Part shown: positions 1 through 8,875 of the stretch, piece by piece
Numbering within the stretch: position 1 is the first letter of the stretch
Layout: each line of letters opens with the position of its first letter
Source: Spirochaetota bacterium
GTDB taxonomy: Bacteria > Spirochaetota > Spirochaetia > DSM-27196 > SLST01
NCBI GenBank assembly: GCA_048624115.1
Contig: JBMCTC010000002.1
Location: 1-34,201 of the forward strand
DNA: 34,201 nt
Reading direction: 5' to 3'
The notes under the pieces: generated by a model
What the model saw: only the letters and a program-made list of their open reading frames with translations
What the model was told of the DNA's origin: nothing
The model's database searches: none
Translations under genes and position numbers: made by a program

Positions 1-537
1 GCCAATCACGTCGTAGGTATAACTATTGCCTACGTAGACGATGTTCTGCGGCGGCGTATCGAGGCACTCTGCAAGTCGATTAAACGGCTCCGGGTGCGGC
101 TTGAGGTAACCGGACTCCTCCGTCCACTGTTCACAATCAAAGAGCTCCGCGAGACCGAGACGCTCGAGCTTTGTATGCACCGGAAAGTCTGAGCTGACGC
201 CCATCGGGAGGCCTGCTGCTTTGAGCTCTTCGAGGCAACTCCTTACACCCGGGAGGGTTCCCACGCGATCGATCACGGACTCCCACACGACGTGGAGATT
301 GTGATCGATGAAGCGCCCGGCTTCCTCGGAGCTTATTCCGAGCTCAGCCGCGAGCATCTCGCGTTCGAGCACTCGAAAATCCTCGACCGGACGAACGTTG
401 CGAACGACCTTGCGTACGCGCGCATACGCCCGGATATGGCGCGCATGAAGAAGCGCGAAGCGTAGGGATTTGAGATACATGCGAGCGTTTGAATAGAGCG
501 TACCGTCTACATCAAACGCAACGGCTCGGATTTCCAT
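1..537 (-). CDS. HAD-superfamily hydrolase (N-terminal 179 codons; C-terminus runs off the left edge)
   Basis: Open minus-strand frame, absent from the ORF track because the window edge cuts it. ATG at 537-535 directly follows the tonB-like stop (TAA 540-538). My translation starts MEIRAVAFDVDGTLYSN (HAD motif I, DxDGT). Later come GVSSD (motif II), KPHPEPF (motif III Lys) and VYVGNSYTYD (motif IV). Confidence 0.8.
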   Translation of the reverse strand, partial: MEIRAVAFDVDGTLYSNARMYLKSLRFALLHARHIRAYARVRKVVRNVRPVEDFRVLEREMLAAELGISSEEAGRFIDHNLHVVWESVIDRVGTLPGVRSCLEELKAAGLPMGVSSDFPVHTKLERLGLAELFDCEQWTEESGYLKPHPEPFNRLAECLDTPPQNIVYVGNSYTYDVIG

Positions 538-1539
538 TTACCGAATTTCATCCCGACTGATTTGTAAGGCTGCGATCGCAGTGACGTTCGGCGTACCCGG
601 AGCCGGGTCGAACCGCCAACTCTGTACTGCACGCCGCACTTTCTGGTCAGCCAGAGTATATCCCGAGCTCTGGCGGAGAATCAAGGAACCGGGGACCACG
701 ACTCCCGCGTCGTTCACATCGAAGATGATGATGTAATCAACACGAGCGGGTACCTGGCCACCGAAGTCGCTCGCCGTTAATCGCGGCAGTCTCAGCTCTC
801 CGATCGCGGCACGCGGGCCTGCTCCAACCCACTCGATAGCGTTATTCCCGGGAAGCTCCTGTCGCGAGACGTTGTCGTTTCCCGTCTGCTCAGGTCCTGC
901 GACGGACGCCGGGCCTGCTGGACTCGTGAGCGAGTTCAACAGCCGATCGAGCCGGGAGTCAAAGCCGGGAAGCGTTGCAGCTTTCTGCGCGATCGCGGTC
1001 TGCTCCGATGCCTCAAGCGTGTCGAGTGGCTGCACCACCTTGCCACTGACCACCCAGTCGGGAAGCTCCTCGCCGCTCGCCTCGTCGTCCTCGAACGAGA
1101 AGAGGTCGTCATCGGAGGTCCGAGCGGCGCCGCGGTCACTCGCACCCTGGTCTTGCCAGGGAAGCGGGTCACGACTGACCTGGGGCCCGGTAGCACCACC
1201 TTGGGTCGGCGGCGCCGGGGTTTGTGCACCGCGCGAGGGTGCCGGATCGGGCGTGGTCGCAGGCGGGGCCTCGCGTTGCGCATCCCGCGGGGGTTGGGCG
1301 GCAGGAGCTTCACGAGGTGCCGGAGCAACCTCGGCCGGTTGGGGATCAACCGGTCGCGGCTCTATCGGCTCAGGTTCCGGGTCCGGTACGTCATAATCCG
1401 GAAGCGTCACAAAGACGGGTTCGGTCTCGGGGTACGGCGTCAGATCGAAGCCAAAGATGGCCATGAGCACGAAGATGATTGCGTGAAGCCCGATCGCTAC
1501 CCCGACACCAATCAAGGAGCGATCGCGGTCGGAGAGCAT
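538..1539 (-). CDS. tonB: TonB-family energy transducer
   Basis: N-terminal TM segment (IGVGVAIGLHAIIFVLMAIFGF), then a long Pro/Glu/Ala-rich spacer (PDPEPEPIEPRPVDPQPAEVAPAP...). The C-terminus has a TonB_C-like block (ILRQSSGYTLADQKVRRAVQSWRFDPAPG). ATG at 1539-1537 shares one base with the exbD stop (TGATG). The ORF-track start at 1542 is a GTG one codon upstream. Confidence 0.8.
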   Translation of the reverse strand: MLSDRDRSLIGVGVAIGLHAIIFVLMAIFGFDLTPYPETEPVFVTLPDYDVPDPEPEPIEPRPVDPQPAEVAPAPREAPAAQPPRDAQREAPPATTPDPAPSRGAQTPAPPTQGGATGPQVSRDPLPWQDQGASDRGAARTSDDDLFSFEDDEASGEELPDWVVSGKVVQPLDTLEASEQTAIAQKAATLPGFDSRLDRLLNSLTSPAGPASVAGPEQTGNDNVSRQELPGNNAIEWVGAGPRAAIGELRLPRLTASDFGGQVPARVDYIIIFDVNDAGVVVPGSLILRQSSGYTLADQKVRRAVQSWRFDPAPGTPNVTAIAALQISRDEIR

Positions 1540-1949
1540 CACTCATCCCCCTCGAGGGTACGGAGTGCAACCCCACGGTATCCGTTGCGACGAAGGACGT
1601 CGAGTACTTGCACCATCGTCTCGTAGGGCACGGAACTGTCTCCCTCGATGATGACACTCAAGGGCTGTCCCTCGTCCTCCGGTGCGAGATCCACGAGCGC
1701 AGCTTCCATCGTCTCGAGATTCACGGGCTGCTGGTTGACGTAAATCTCACGCTGAGAGACCACGGTAACCACGAGCCGGTTAATCACTACCGGCTCACTG
1801 CTCGAGGACTCGGGCAGATCAATCGCGATACCCGGCGTCATGACAAAGGTGGAACTGAGCATAAAAAACACAACGAGTTGAAACACAACGTCGATCATCG
1901 GCACGAGGTCGACATTGGCGTTTGGAGAGAGACGTCGTCGAAACCGCAC
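1539..1949 (-). CDS. exbD: ExbD/TolR-family biopolymer transport protein
   Basis: 136 aa. MRFRRRLSPNANVDLVPMIDVVFQLVVFFMLSSTF is the canonical ExbD/TolR N-terminal TM helix with the conserved Asp. The periplasmic domain follows. The GTG start overlaps the exbB stop by 1 nt. Confidence 0.9.
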   Translation of the reverse strand: MRFRRRLSPNANVDLVPMIDVVFQLVVFFMLSSTFVMTPGIAIDLPESSSSEPVVINRLVVTVVSQREIYVNQQPVNLETMEAALVDLAPEDEGQPLSVIIEGDSSVPYETMVQVLDVLRRNGYRGVALRTLEGDE

Positions 1950-2560
1950 TAGACACCTCGCTTGAGCATGATGACCAACTCATTGACCCGGTTCTCGAGC
2001 GCGATGATCATGTGATTCACCTTGCTCACGAGATAGTTGTAGAAAATGATCGCCGGGATACTCACGATGATACCGGCAGCGGTAGTCACGAGCGCCTCGG
2101 CTATACCGCTCGCCAGCACGGCAGGATTCCCACCAACGGCGCCAAAATCGCCGAGCACACCAAACGCCTGAATGTTCCCGGTGACGGTCCCGAGCAGACC
2201 GAGCAGCGGGGTGATGTGGGCGATGGTTCCGAGGAACGAGAGGCTACGCTCCATCCTCGGGATCTCCATGTTCGCCGCATCGGTGATCATCGACTTAATG
2301 ACTTCCTCCGAGTGCCTCCGGTTCTCTATTCCGACTCGACTGAGATTGGTGATCGGACTCGGATTACTCTCACAGATGGCGAGCGCCTCTTCGAAATGCC
2401 CCTTGGCAACCGTCGCCTTGAGTCGATTGACCAGGGTCCCCTGGTCGGAGCGAATTCTGCGGAAAAACAGCAGACGCTCGATGATGATTGCCGCGGCGAT
2501 GACCGACAGCACCAGAATGATTATGAGTATGACGCCGCCGCGTTCGATGAGCGCTACCAT
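1949..2560 (-). CDS. exbB: MotA/TolQ/ExbB proton-channel family protein
   Basis: 203 aa with three predicted TM segments. Family-typical C-terminal blocks are present (LLGLLGTVTGNIQAF; AEALVTTAAGIIVSIPAIIFYNYL). A GGAGGA Shine-Dalgarno lies 4 nt upstream of the ATG. Confidence 0.9.
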   Translation of the reverse strand: MVALIERGGVILIIILVLSVIAAAIIIERLLFFRRIRSDQGTLVNRLKATVAKGHFEEALAICESNPSPITNLSRVGIENRRHSEEVIKSMITDAANMEIPRMERSLSFLGTIAHITPLLGLLGTVTGNIQAFGVLGDFGAVGGNPAVLASGIAEALVTTAAGIIVSIPAIIFYNYLVSKVNHMIIALENRVNELVIMLKRGV

Positions 2561-2569
2561 ACAGTCCTC

Positions 2570-4246
2570 CTATAGGGAAATACGAGTGAGAATCGTGGCC
2601 CGAAAACCGGGCTCAATAAAGGGAAACTCCGAGCTTGGCTGCGCACCGATCGCGGGCCGCCCCGCAAAGAGCGGCGCGAGAAGATCTTTGGCCTCGATCT
2701 CGAGATCTACACCATCGACAATGTTCACCGCACCATTGAGTGCCAACCAGGGAACACCTGCCTCAGGGAAAAACGTGAGTTCAGTTTCGGCTCCAAGTGT
2801 GATTCGGTCGTTGCTCGTCCGATACTCGACCGAGGCGGCAAGCGCGCTCACGGGGGTACCTGTGACCCGATCGAGGAAGTGACCGCGCACTCCGAGCTCG
2901 GCCTGCAGTTGCTGCCCGGGCCGAAACGCCAACTCGAACGACGATTCGATCGATTCGAGTGGCCGCTGCCGGAAGAGAATCGCCGTGACGTCCGGGTCGT
3001 ATGCGGTGGCCTCGAGTGCGTTTGCGTCCACGTGACAAGCGACGTGGCCGCGAACGTTGAGCCCGCCTGGAAGCGACCAGTTCGCTCCTCCTGCCGCATA
3101 CCAGCGCTCGTTCAGAACGAGCTCATCAGCAAAGGCGCGGCCGTCTGCCGCGAGCAGGAGGGCCTCTTGCCACTCATCGTAGTAGCGCGGCCGCATGTAC
3201 TCGAGTCCGCCTGAAAGCGTGAGCAGGAATGCATCGCCAAACAGTGACTCGAGCTCGAGATCAAACGGGTAGCGAAACGACTGCCCAAACTCCCAGAGTA
3301 CGCCTACATTTCCGTCAATGGCGAACAGCTCGTTCGGCGACACTCGGAAGCCTGTCGTCAACGCCACGTCTTGATACTCCGAGACGGCGCCTCCCGCCGA
3401 GAAAATGCCGCTGTAGGCAAGTCCCAGCCGGAGATCCACTACACCGAGCGTAAGCGTGGCAAGCGCGCCGGGTTCGAGCGATACTTCCTGGTCGCGAGGA
3501 GCCTCGTTGAGTTCACTTTTTGTGAAGATCCTGTTCGCCCAACTCCCCTGAAGTGAGCCGAGCAACTCGAACACCGGTTCAGGTCGATACCGCAACGCTG
3601 CGTTTCCGGCAAACGACCTCAGTTCCGCGCTAAAGAACTCACTCTGACCTTGCAGACCACGCTCGAGTTCATCGTAGCCGGCCTCTGCCTCGAGTGATAG
3701 CTGGTCACCTCGCGCGTCAACGCCGCCGGAAATGCGATTCTTAGTTGTAAAATAGCCGGTGCCTGGATTACGGCCCTGGAACCCATCGAGCCCCTCGTAG
3801 CCGAACTCGAGTCGAAATTCGGGCGGCGCCCCGATCTTGAAGACGGTAACCTCGCCGACAATATGATTCGACGTCCCGGCTCCGAGCCGGCCGTTTGAGT
3901 AGATGCTCTGCCCATCGGAGTCTCGAACTTCCGGTGAGGGCAGGTCGATGAGGAAGGCGTCTTCATCGATCTCGAGTTCTCCGAGTTCCGGCATTGGAAG
4001 CGAGAGAGAGCTGATTTCCAGCTCCTCTACGCTCGGAAGTTCAATCTGCAGTTCGGTCACGGCGTCTTCTTCGATTTCGAGCGCAAGCTCCGGAACCACG
4101 ATCTCGGTCTCTTCAGGTTGTCCCGGGCCCGTCTGGCCTGCACCGCGGGCCGGGGTGCCGTCCGGCGTCTGAGCCACCACGACGGGCACGGAAGCAACGA
4201 GTGCGAGAAAGAGCGCAACGATAGCCAAAACGGGGCGCTTGATCAT
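2570..4246 (-). CDS. Exported beta-rich protein, candidate outer-membrane barrel; function unknown
   Basis: 558 aa with a signal peptide (MIKRPVLAIVALFLALVASVPVVVAQ). An acidic E-L-x-I-E repeat region is followed by about 450 aa of alternating Gly/aromatic/polar pattern typical of beta-strand-rich OMPs. ATGA overlap with the upstream TPR gene, and GGAGG upstream of the ATG. Confidence 0.65.
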   Translation of the reverse strand: MIKRPVLAIVALFLALVASVPVVVAQTPDGTPARGAGQTGPGQPEETEIVVPELALEIEEDAVTELQIELPSVEELEISSLSLPMPELGELEIDEDAFLIDLPSPEVRDSDGQSIYSNGRLGAGTSNHIVGEVTVFKIGAPPEFRLEFGYEGLDGFQGRNPGTGYFTTKNRISGGVDARGDQLSLEAEAGYDELERGLQGQSEFFSAELRSFAGNAALRYRPEPVFELLGSLQGSWANRIFTKSELNEAPRDQEVSLEPGALATLTLGVVDLRLGLAYSGIFSAGGAVSEYQDVALTTGFRVSPNELFAIDGNVGVLWEFGQSFRYPFDLELESLFGDAFLLTLSGGLEYMRPRYYDEWQEALLLAADGRAFADELVLNERWYAAGGANWSLPGGLNVRGHVACHVDANALEATAYDPDVTAILFRQRPLESIESSFELAFRPGQQLQAELGVRGHFLDRVTGTPVSALAASVEYRTSNDRITLGAETELTFFPEAGVPWLALNGAVNIVDGVDLEIEAKDLLAPLFAGRPAIGAQPSSEFPFIEPGFRATILTRISL

Positions 4247-7194
4247 TGTCGGCCTCCACGAAGCAGCGTGCGAGCCTGAGAGGTAAAGGGGCTCTCTGGG
4301 AATTCCTGTTCGAGTTGCCCAACAAGTGCCTCGACCTCTGAACGGCGCCCGAGCCGCGTGTACGCCTCGGCGGCAGCGAAGATCGCTCGGGCAGTCAGCT
4401 CACCTGCTGCACCCCCGGCGGTAGCAGCTTCGAGATACGCCTCCGCTGCCTCTTGGTCCGACTCTTCGAGGCGGTGATACTCACCAATCAAAAAGAGCGC
4501 CTCTTGCGCAATCTCAGATCGCGGGGAGGCTCCCGCCTCTGAGAGAAGCGAGACAACACGACTCATGCGAGTCTGGATGGAAATCTGGTCGTACACCGCG
4601 AGGCGGCCGAGCTCGACGATCGCGCGCCCCCGCTGCGGGGAACCACGCTCGCTCTCATCGATCGTGACCAGGAGCTCCGCCTCAACCTCTCCGATGCCGT
4701 CGAGCAGAAGGACGAGTTCGTCGATCTCTCGATCGGCGTTGATCGCACGCGCCGTTTCAGGATAGGTGGAGCGCAAATGAGTAAAACGCGAGAGCGCCTC
4801 GCGATACTGGCCTCGATCTACGAGAAGCTGCGCCGATCGTGCCATCGCGTCGGAACGAAACGGACTGTCGGGGAATCGCGAGACGACTTGATCGAGCAGG
4901 AGCAAGGCGGCGGCAGCTTCGCCAAGCTCAAGACTCGAGAGCGCTCCCCAGTAGAGGGAGCCGTCGGCCTGCGAGCCGGCTGGAAAACGGCTGCGGTAGT
5001 CGAGGAATGCGTCGCGCGACGCCTCGTAGCGCCCGGCTCCGAATAGGAGCTCGCCGCGACGAAAGAGAGCGAGCTCTGAAAGTGGAGATCCGGGATAACG
5101 CGATGCGACGTCTTGGTAGGCCGATGCAGCTTGATCGGGCCTGTCGAGCCTGCCAAGCGCCTCGGCGTATTCGAACAAGGCGTCGTCGGCGAACTCCGAA
5201 TCGGGCCGGCTCGAGGCGATTCGAGAAAAAACCGTCGCGGCTTGCTGATCCGCGCCCGACGCGGCGAGCACGCGTCCCGAGAGGAACTCCGCCTCTGCCT
5301 GCAACGGCCCGTCGCCCGACGCGCCGGAAATGCGAGAGAGAAACTCGAGGCTGCGCTCGTAATCGTTCTGCTGAAAGGCGCTCCAAGCAGCGAGGTACGC
5401 GGCGCGTTCAATCAGGACGTGATCCTCATAGCGGAGCATGTAGGCCTCGAACTCATTGACGGCGCGTTGGTACTCACCGAGTCGATAGCTCGCCCATGCC
5501 TGGTAATAGGCAGCGTAGGCGCCAAGCGTGGCGTTTTCCGCGTTCGCCGCCTCGAGAAGCGAAACGGTCGATGATAGCTCCCCGCGAGCATCACGGTACG
5601 CCTCGAGGTGGAGATGACTCAAACCTTCCAAGTAACGGAACTGAGCCTCTCGTTCATCTGTCAACTCTCCCTGCTCCTCGAGTGCTTCGATCACGATCGG
5701 CGCTTCATTGACGACGCGTCGATACTCTCGCTGCTCGAAGAGCAGGTTCATGTACTCAAGAGCCGCAGCCGCGTCGGCCGGAGCCTCTGGAATGTATCGC
5801 GAGAGTGTCGCTAACGCCTCGTTTGTACGTCCGAGCCGACGGAGCACCCTACTCTTGAGTCGAAGCAGTCGGCTTCGGTACTCGGTAGCGTTTCCCGACG
5901 CGATAGCGGCATCGATCGTGGAGAGCGCCTCATCGTAGCGTTCCGCCCGCTCAAGCGCCAGTGCGATCTGATACGATATTTGCGCCTCGAGAGTGCGCGC
6001 CGTGGCTCCGGCACCGGTAGTTGCGCCATCGCGCTGCCGAGCGATCTCGGCAGCCTCTTCGAGGGCGGCGAGAGCCTCTTGCTCTGCTCCCTCACGAAGC
6101 AGAAGATTACCGAGACTGAGCAGAATCTCGTCTCTGCGCGTCTCACGATTTGGATAGCTCGAGAGATACTCACGCAGGACGCCAATCGCCGCCGCAAGAT
6201 CGCCCTGCTCCTCCCGAGCGCGCGCGAGATAGAGCGCGACCACCGGATCAATCAAGAGCGATTCGCGCAGTTCCCAGATTCTCACGAGGTACTGCTCGGC
6301 TTGCTGGTACTCGCCCTCTGCGACCCGGTCAATGGCAACACGGAGCCAGAACTGCTTGAGTACGTCGGTACGACCTGCGAGCTCGCGCTCTGCCCGGCGC
6401 ACGATCTGTTCGGGATCATCTTCAATCACACCTCGCCCGGCGAGCAGAAAGAGCCGCTGAAATGCAAGCGTGGCAAGCTCGGGAGGGCCGCCGGCAACCT
6501 CGGCGAAGAGCGTCGTTGCTTGATCGTACGAGCCTTCGAGGTAGTAGGCCTCTGCCTCGTATGCGACGACAAAAGACGCCCAGGAGTCCGGAAACGTTTC
6601 GAGTTCAATGCGGGATCGTAGCTCGAGCAGCTCTTCGGTTCGCTGCTGCCGAGCAAGAATGCTCATGAGAAGCACCACCGCCTCGGGCAGAGTCTCAGGT
6701 GGTGCGTCTTCGACAAGCGCGGCAAGGACGGTTCGGGCCTGATCGGTATCACCCGAGCCGAGATAGCTTCGTGCGAGATACAGCGACGCATCTCGAGCCG
6801 CTTCGCTACCCGCTTCCCGCGAGGAAAGAAACTCCTCGAGGAGGTCGATCGCCTCATCAAACGCTCCGAGCTCGTAGCGGATCACACCGCGCCAAAAATC
6901 AACGAGTGGGAGAAATCGAGTAGAGCGGAAGCGTCTCGCCACTCGATCGAACTGCGTGCTTGCCCGGTCCAACTGACCGGTCCGATAGAGCGATTGCCCG
7001 ATACGAAACTGGGCGTCGGGCACAAAGCGGCTACCCGGGAACTCGGTTACGAGTTCCTCGTAGAGCGCGAGGGCTAGATCAAAATCAGCGACTGCAAATC
7101 GCGTCTCCGCCTCGCGGAATAATGTTTGGTCTGCTTGCTGGGCGAATGCCACACTGCTCAATAGGAGCAGCAGGGCAAGCACACTTTTTTTCAT
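4243..7194 (-). CDS. Large exported tetratricopeptide-repeat (TPR) protein
   Basis: About 983 aa. Signal peptide MKKSVLALLLLLSSVAFAQQ (ATG at 7194; the ORF-track start at 7200 is a GTG two codons upstream). The whole length is repeated 34-aa A/L/Y/E/R-rich helical units, for example AQFRIGQSLYRTGQLDRASTQFDRV and AEALGRLDRPDQAASAYQDV. Confidence 0.8.
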   Translation of the reverse strand: MKKSVLALLLLLSSVAFAQQADQTLFREAETRFAVADFDLALALYEELVTEFPGSRFVPDAQFRIGQSLYRTGQLDRASTQFDRVARRFRSTRFLPLVDFWRGVIRYELGAFDEAIDLLEEFLSSREAGSEAARDASLYLARSYLGSGDTDQARTVLAALVEDAPPETLPEAVVLLMSILARQQRTEELLELRSRIELETFPDSWASFVVAYEAEAYYLEGSYDQATTLFAEVAGGPPELATLAFQRLFLLAGRGVIEDDPEQIVRRAERELAGRTDVLKQFWLRVAIDRVAEGEYQQAEQYLVRIWELRESLLIDPVVALYLARAREEQGDLAAAIGVLREYLSSYPNRETRRDEILLSLGNLLLREGAEQEALAALEEAAEIARQRDGATTGAGATARTLEAQISYQIALALERAERYDEALSTIDAAIASGNATEYRSRLLRLKSRVLRRLGRTNEALATLSRYIPEAPADAAAALEYMNLLFEQREYRRVVNEAPIVIEALEEQGELTDEREAQFRYLEGLSHLHLEAYRDARGELSSTVSLLEAANAENATLGAYAAYYQAWASYRLGEYQRAVNEFEAYMLRYEDHVLIERAAYLAAWSAFQQNDYERSLEFLSRISGASGDGPLQAEAEFLSGRVLAASGADQQAATVFSRIASSRPDSEFADDALFEYAEALGRLDRPDQAASAYQDVASRYPGSPLSELALFRRGELLFGAGRYEASRDAFLDYRSRFPAGSQADGSLYWGALSSLELGEAAAALLLLDQVVSRFPDSPFRSDAMARSAQLLVDRGQYREALSRFTHLRSTYPETARAINADREIDELVLLLDGIGEVEAELLVTIDESERGSPQRGRAIVELGRLAVYDQISIQTRMSRVVSLLSEAGASPRSEIAQEALFLIGEYHRLEESDQEAAEAYLEAATAGGAAGELTARAIFAAAEAYTRLGRRSEVEALVGQLEQEFPESPFTSQARTLLRGGRQ

Positions 7195-7227
7195 GATCAC
7201 AAAAGCTATCTCGATGGATTTGAATCT

Positions 7228-8481
7228 TCAATAATGGATGACTGGCGGCGCAAACGACTCGGAAAGCTCTACGCGAACCAGATGAACAAACGCGTCACGA
7301 TATCGACGATCAACCGACGCCAAGCTGGTCTCTACATTGCGTTCCATGACTACCGTCCGGAACCGTCCTGCACTGTCAAAGTACGGAAATAGAACGGCAA
7401 CGTGAACGTGTTGCTGCAGTGTCGGATTCGAGCCGAAATCTCGGCTAAACGAGGCAAGGTACGCGTGACCCGGCTCGAGCGCGGCAAGCTCGAAGAGCAC
7501 CAAGGGCAGGTGGCTCACCGGGTAGCCGAAATCCTCGAGGTAATCGACGTAGCGAACCGAGCGAACATCGGCCTGCTCGGGACTCCCCTCCCACGCGCGC
7601 CCGGGCTCGTGGCGCACGGCCACCGCGAGATTGCGCGTCCAGTCGAGGCCAAAAAAAGGATCACGAAGCTCTTCGTATCGTCGCGTCTGCTCGTTCCCAC
7701 GGTACTCGAGATGCTTTTCCTTGAGCGGCTCGATCGGCAAGAAGGAGCCATAGCGACCGCCATACAATCCATCGACGATCCACTTTGCAAAGCCGGAGCA
7801 GTTGAAACCAGGTTCTTGATCCGCCAAGGCGAGCGTCTCAATCCGCACGAGTTCGCCACGCTCGTTCATAGCCCCATCTTCTGCGTCCGGCAGCGTGTGA
7901 AGACTTGCTCGAGCCCGCTCGGTAACGAGCCGGGTAATCTGATGACGGCGATCAGACGTCTCAGGGTAGAATCGCGCCCAATCCACCTGACGGGAGGTGA
8001 CAGAAAAGAGCTCGTCGAGTGGCAACTCAAAGACCCGCTCGATCGCGAGCGGCACCGGCACTCGTCGGTGGATTTCTACGCCGGCGAGCACCACGCTCAT
8101 CTCGGAGGACTCGCCCGAAACCGGGCGTACGCGAGCAAAGAAGCCTGGATGACTTCGCAGAAAGATCTTGATCTGGCTTACCGAGCCGTTGCGCCGGTCA
8201 CGCCGCAGAACGTAGGTACCGGCGGTGTCAACCGGGTATGCCCCGTTGCGTTCTGGAGCAACAAGCGCATACATGTAATCGCGATTTGATTCGACCGAGA
8301 AGCGCGCTCGCTCGCCGCTGTTACGGCTGCGATGAACCACGGCGTCTGCCTTCCACAAGAGGTCTAGACTCGCAAACGCGATATCACGAACCTGGCGCCG
8401 AACGTCGGAGGTGTCGGGAGGAAGCTGGGAAAAGAGCTCCGTCGCAGCGAGCGAGAAGCTCCCAAGGAGCAGCAGCGCCAT
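7228..8481 (-). CDS. Exported hypothetical protein with a possible Cys/His hydrolase core
   Basis: Long ORF co-directional with its neighbours. I prefer the internal ATG at 8481 (MALLLLGSFSLAATELF, signal-like). The track start at 8640 would overlap the MerR-like gene by 113 nt. It contains GFNCSGFAKWIVDGLYG and, further on, QQHVHVAVLFPYFD. No family recognised with certainty. Confidence 0.6.
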   Translation of the reverse strand: MALLLLGSFSLAATELFSQLPPDTSDVRRQVRDIAFASLDLLWKADAVVHRSRNSGERARFSVESNRDYMYALVAPERNGAYPVDTAGTYVLRRDRRNGSVSQIKIFLRSHPGFFARVRPVSGESSEMSVVLAGVEIHRRVPVPLAIERVFELPLDELFSVTSRQVDWARFYPETSDRRHQITRLVTERARASLHTLPDAEDGAMNERGELVRIETLALADQEPGFNCSGFAKWIVDGLYGGRYGSFLPIEPLKEKHLEYRGNEQTRRYEELRDPFFGLDWTRNLAVAVRHEPGRAWEGSPEQADVRSVRYVDYLEDFGYPVSHLPLVLFELAALEPGHAYLASFSRDFGSNPTLQQHVHVAVLFPYFDSAGRFRTVVMERNVETSLASVDRRYRDAFVHLVRVELSESFAPPVIHY

Positions 8482-8527
8482 CGCTAGGCCCGCACGATTC
8501 AGAACAGATTTTACGTCGACTCTTCGA

Positions 8528-8875
8528 CTACTCACTACCCTGATTTTCGGAAGAATCGTGCGAGCTCCCGCCCCGAATTTTGCCGAGCATGTCCAAGAGC
8601 TCACCTCGGACCTCGTGGATGCTCGCGCGGGTATCCGCATGGGAATCGGAGCGTTCGAGCAATATCTGCTCGGCAGCGCCCTTTACGGTGTACCTCTTCT
8701 CTTGCACGAGATGTTTGATCCGGGCCAAAAGCTGCACATCGCTGCGGTTGTAGGTCCGCCTGCCATTTAAGTCCTTGCTCGGACTCAAGATACCGATCTC
8801 CTGCTCCCAATAACGGACGACGTGAGCCTTTACGTCGAGTGCGGCGCAGACCTGCCCGATGCTAAAGCGCTCCAT
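8528..8875 (-). CDS. Short MerR-family HTH transcriptional regulator
   Basis: 115 aa. The N-terminal MerR-type HTH and wing are present (FSIGQVCAALDVKAHVVRYWEQEIGILSP...GRRTYNRSDVQLLARIKHLVQEKRYTVKGA). There is no recognisable effector-binding C-terminal domain. The start overlaps the der stop by 1 nt (TAATG). Confidence 0.8.
   Translation of the reverse strand: MERFSIGQVCAALDVKAHVVRYWEQEIGILSPSKDLNGRRTYNRSDVQLLARIKHLVQEKRYTVKGAAEQILLERSDSHADTRASIHEVRGELLDMLGKIRGGSSHDSSENQGSE

Noticed and set aside
1150-1400. Apparent DNA repetitiveness in GC/CCG-rich stretches, also at about 12230-12490
   Set aside because: These are Pro/Glu/Ala-rich low-complexity coding linkers of TonB and the GerMN protein. 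They are not tandem DNA repeats or arrays.
7402-8289. 295-aa plus-strand ORF opposite the exported hypothetical
   Set aside because: The minus-strand ORF is longer and has a signal-like N-terminus. It also fits the co-directional operon with short junctions. The plus-strand product has no start context or motifs. This is less certain than the other shadow ORFs because the sense gene itself is unrecognised.
8482-8640. N-terminal extension of the 470-aa ORF into the MerR-like gene
   Set aside because: It would overlap the MerR-like CDS by 113 nt. The extension (MRIPARASTRSEVSSWTCSAKF...) looks non-coding, and the ATG at 8481 precedes a hydrophobic signal-like segment.
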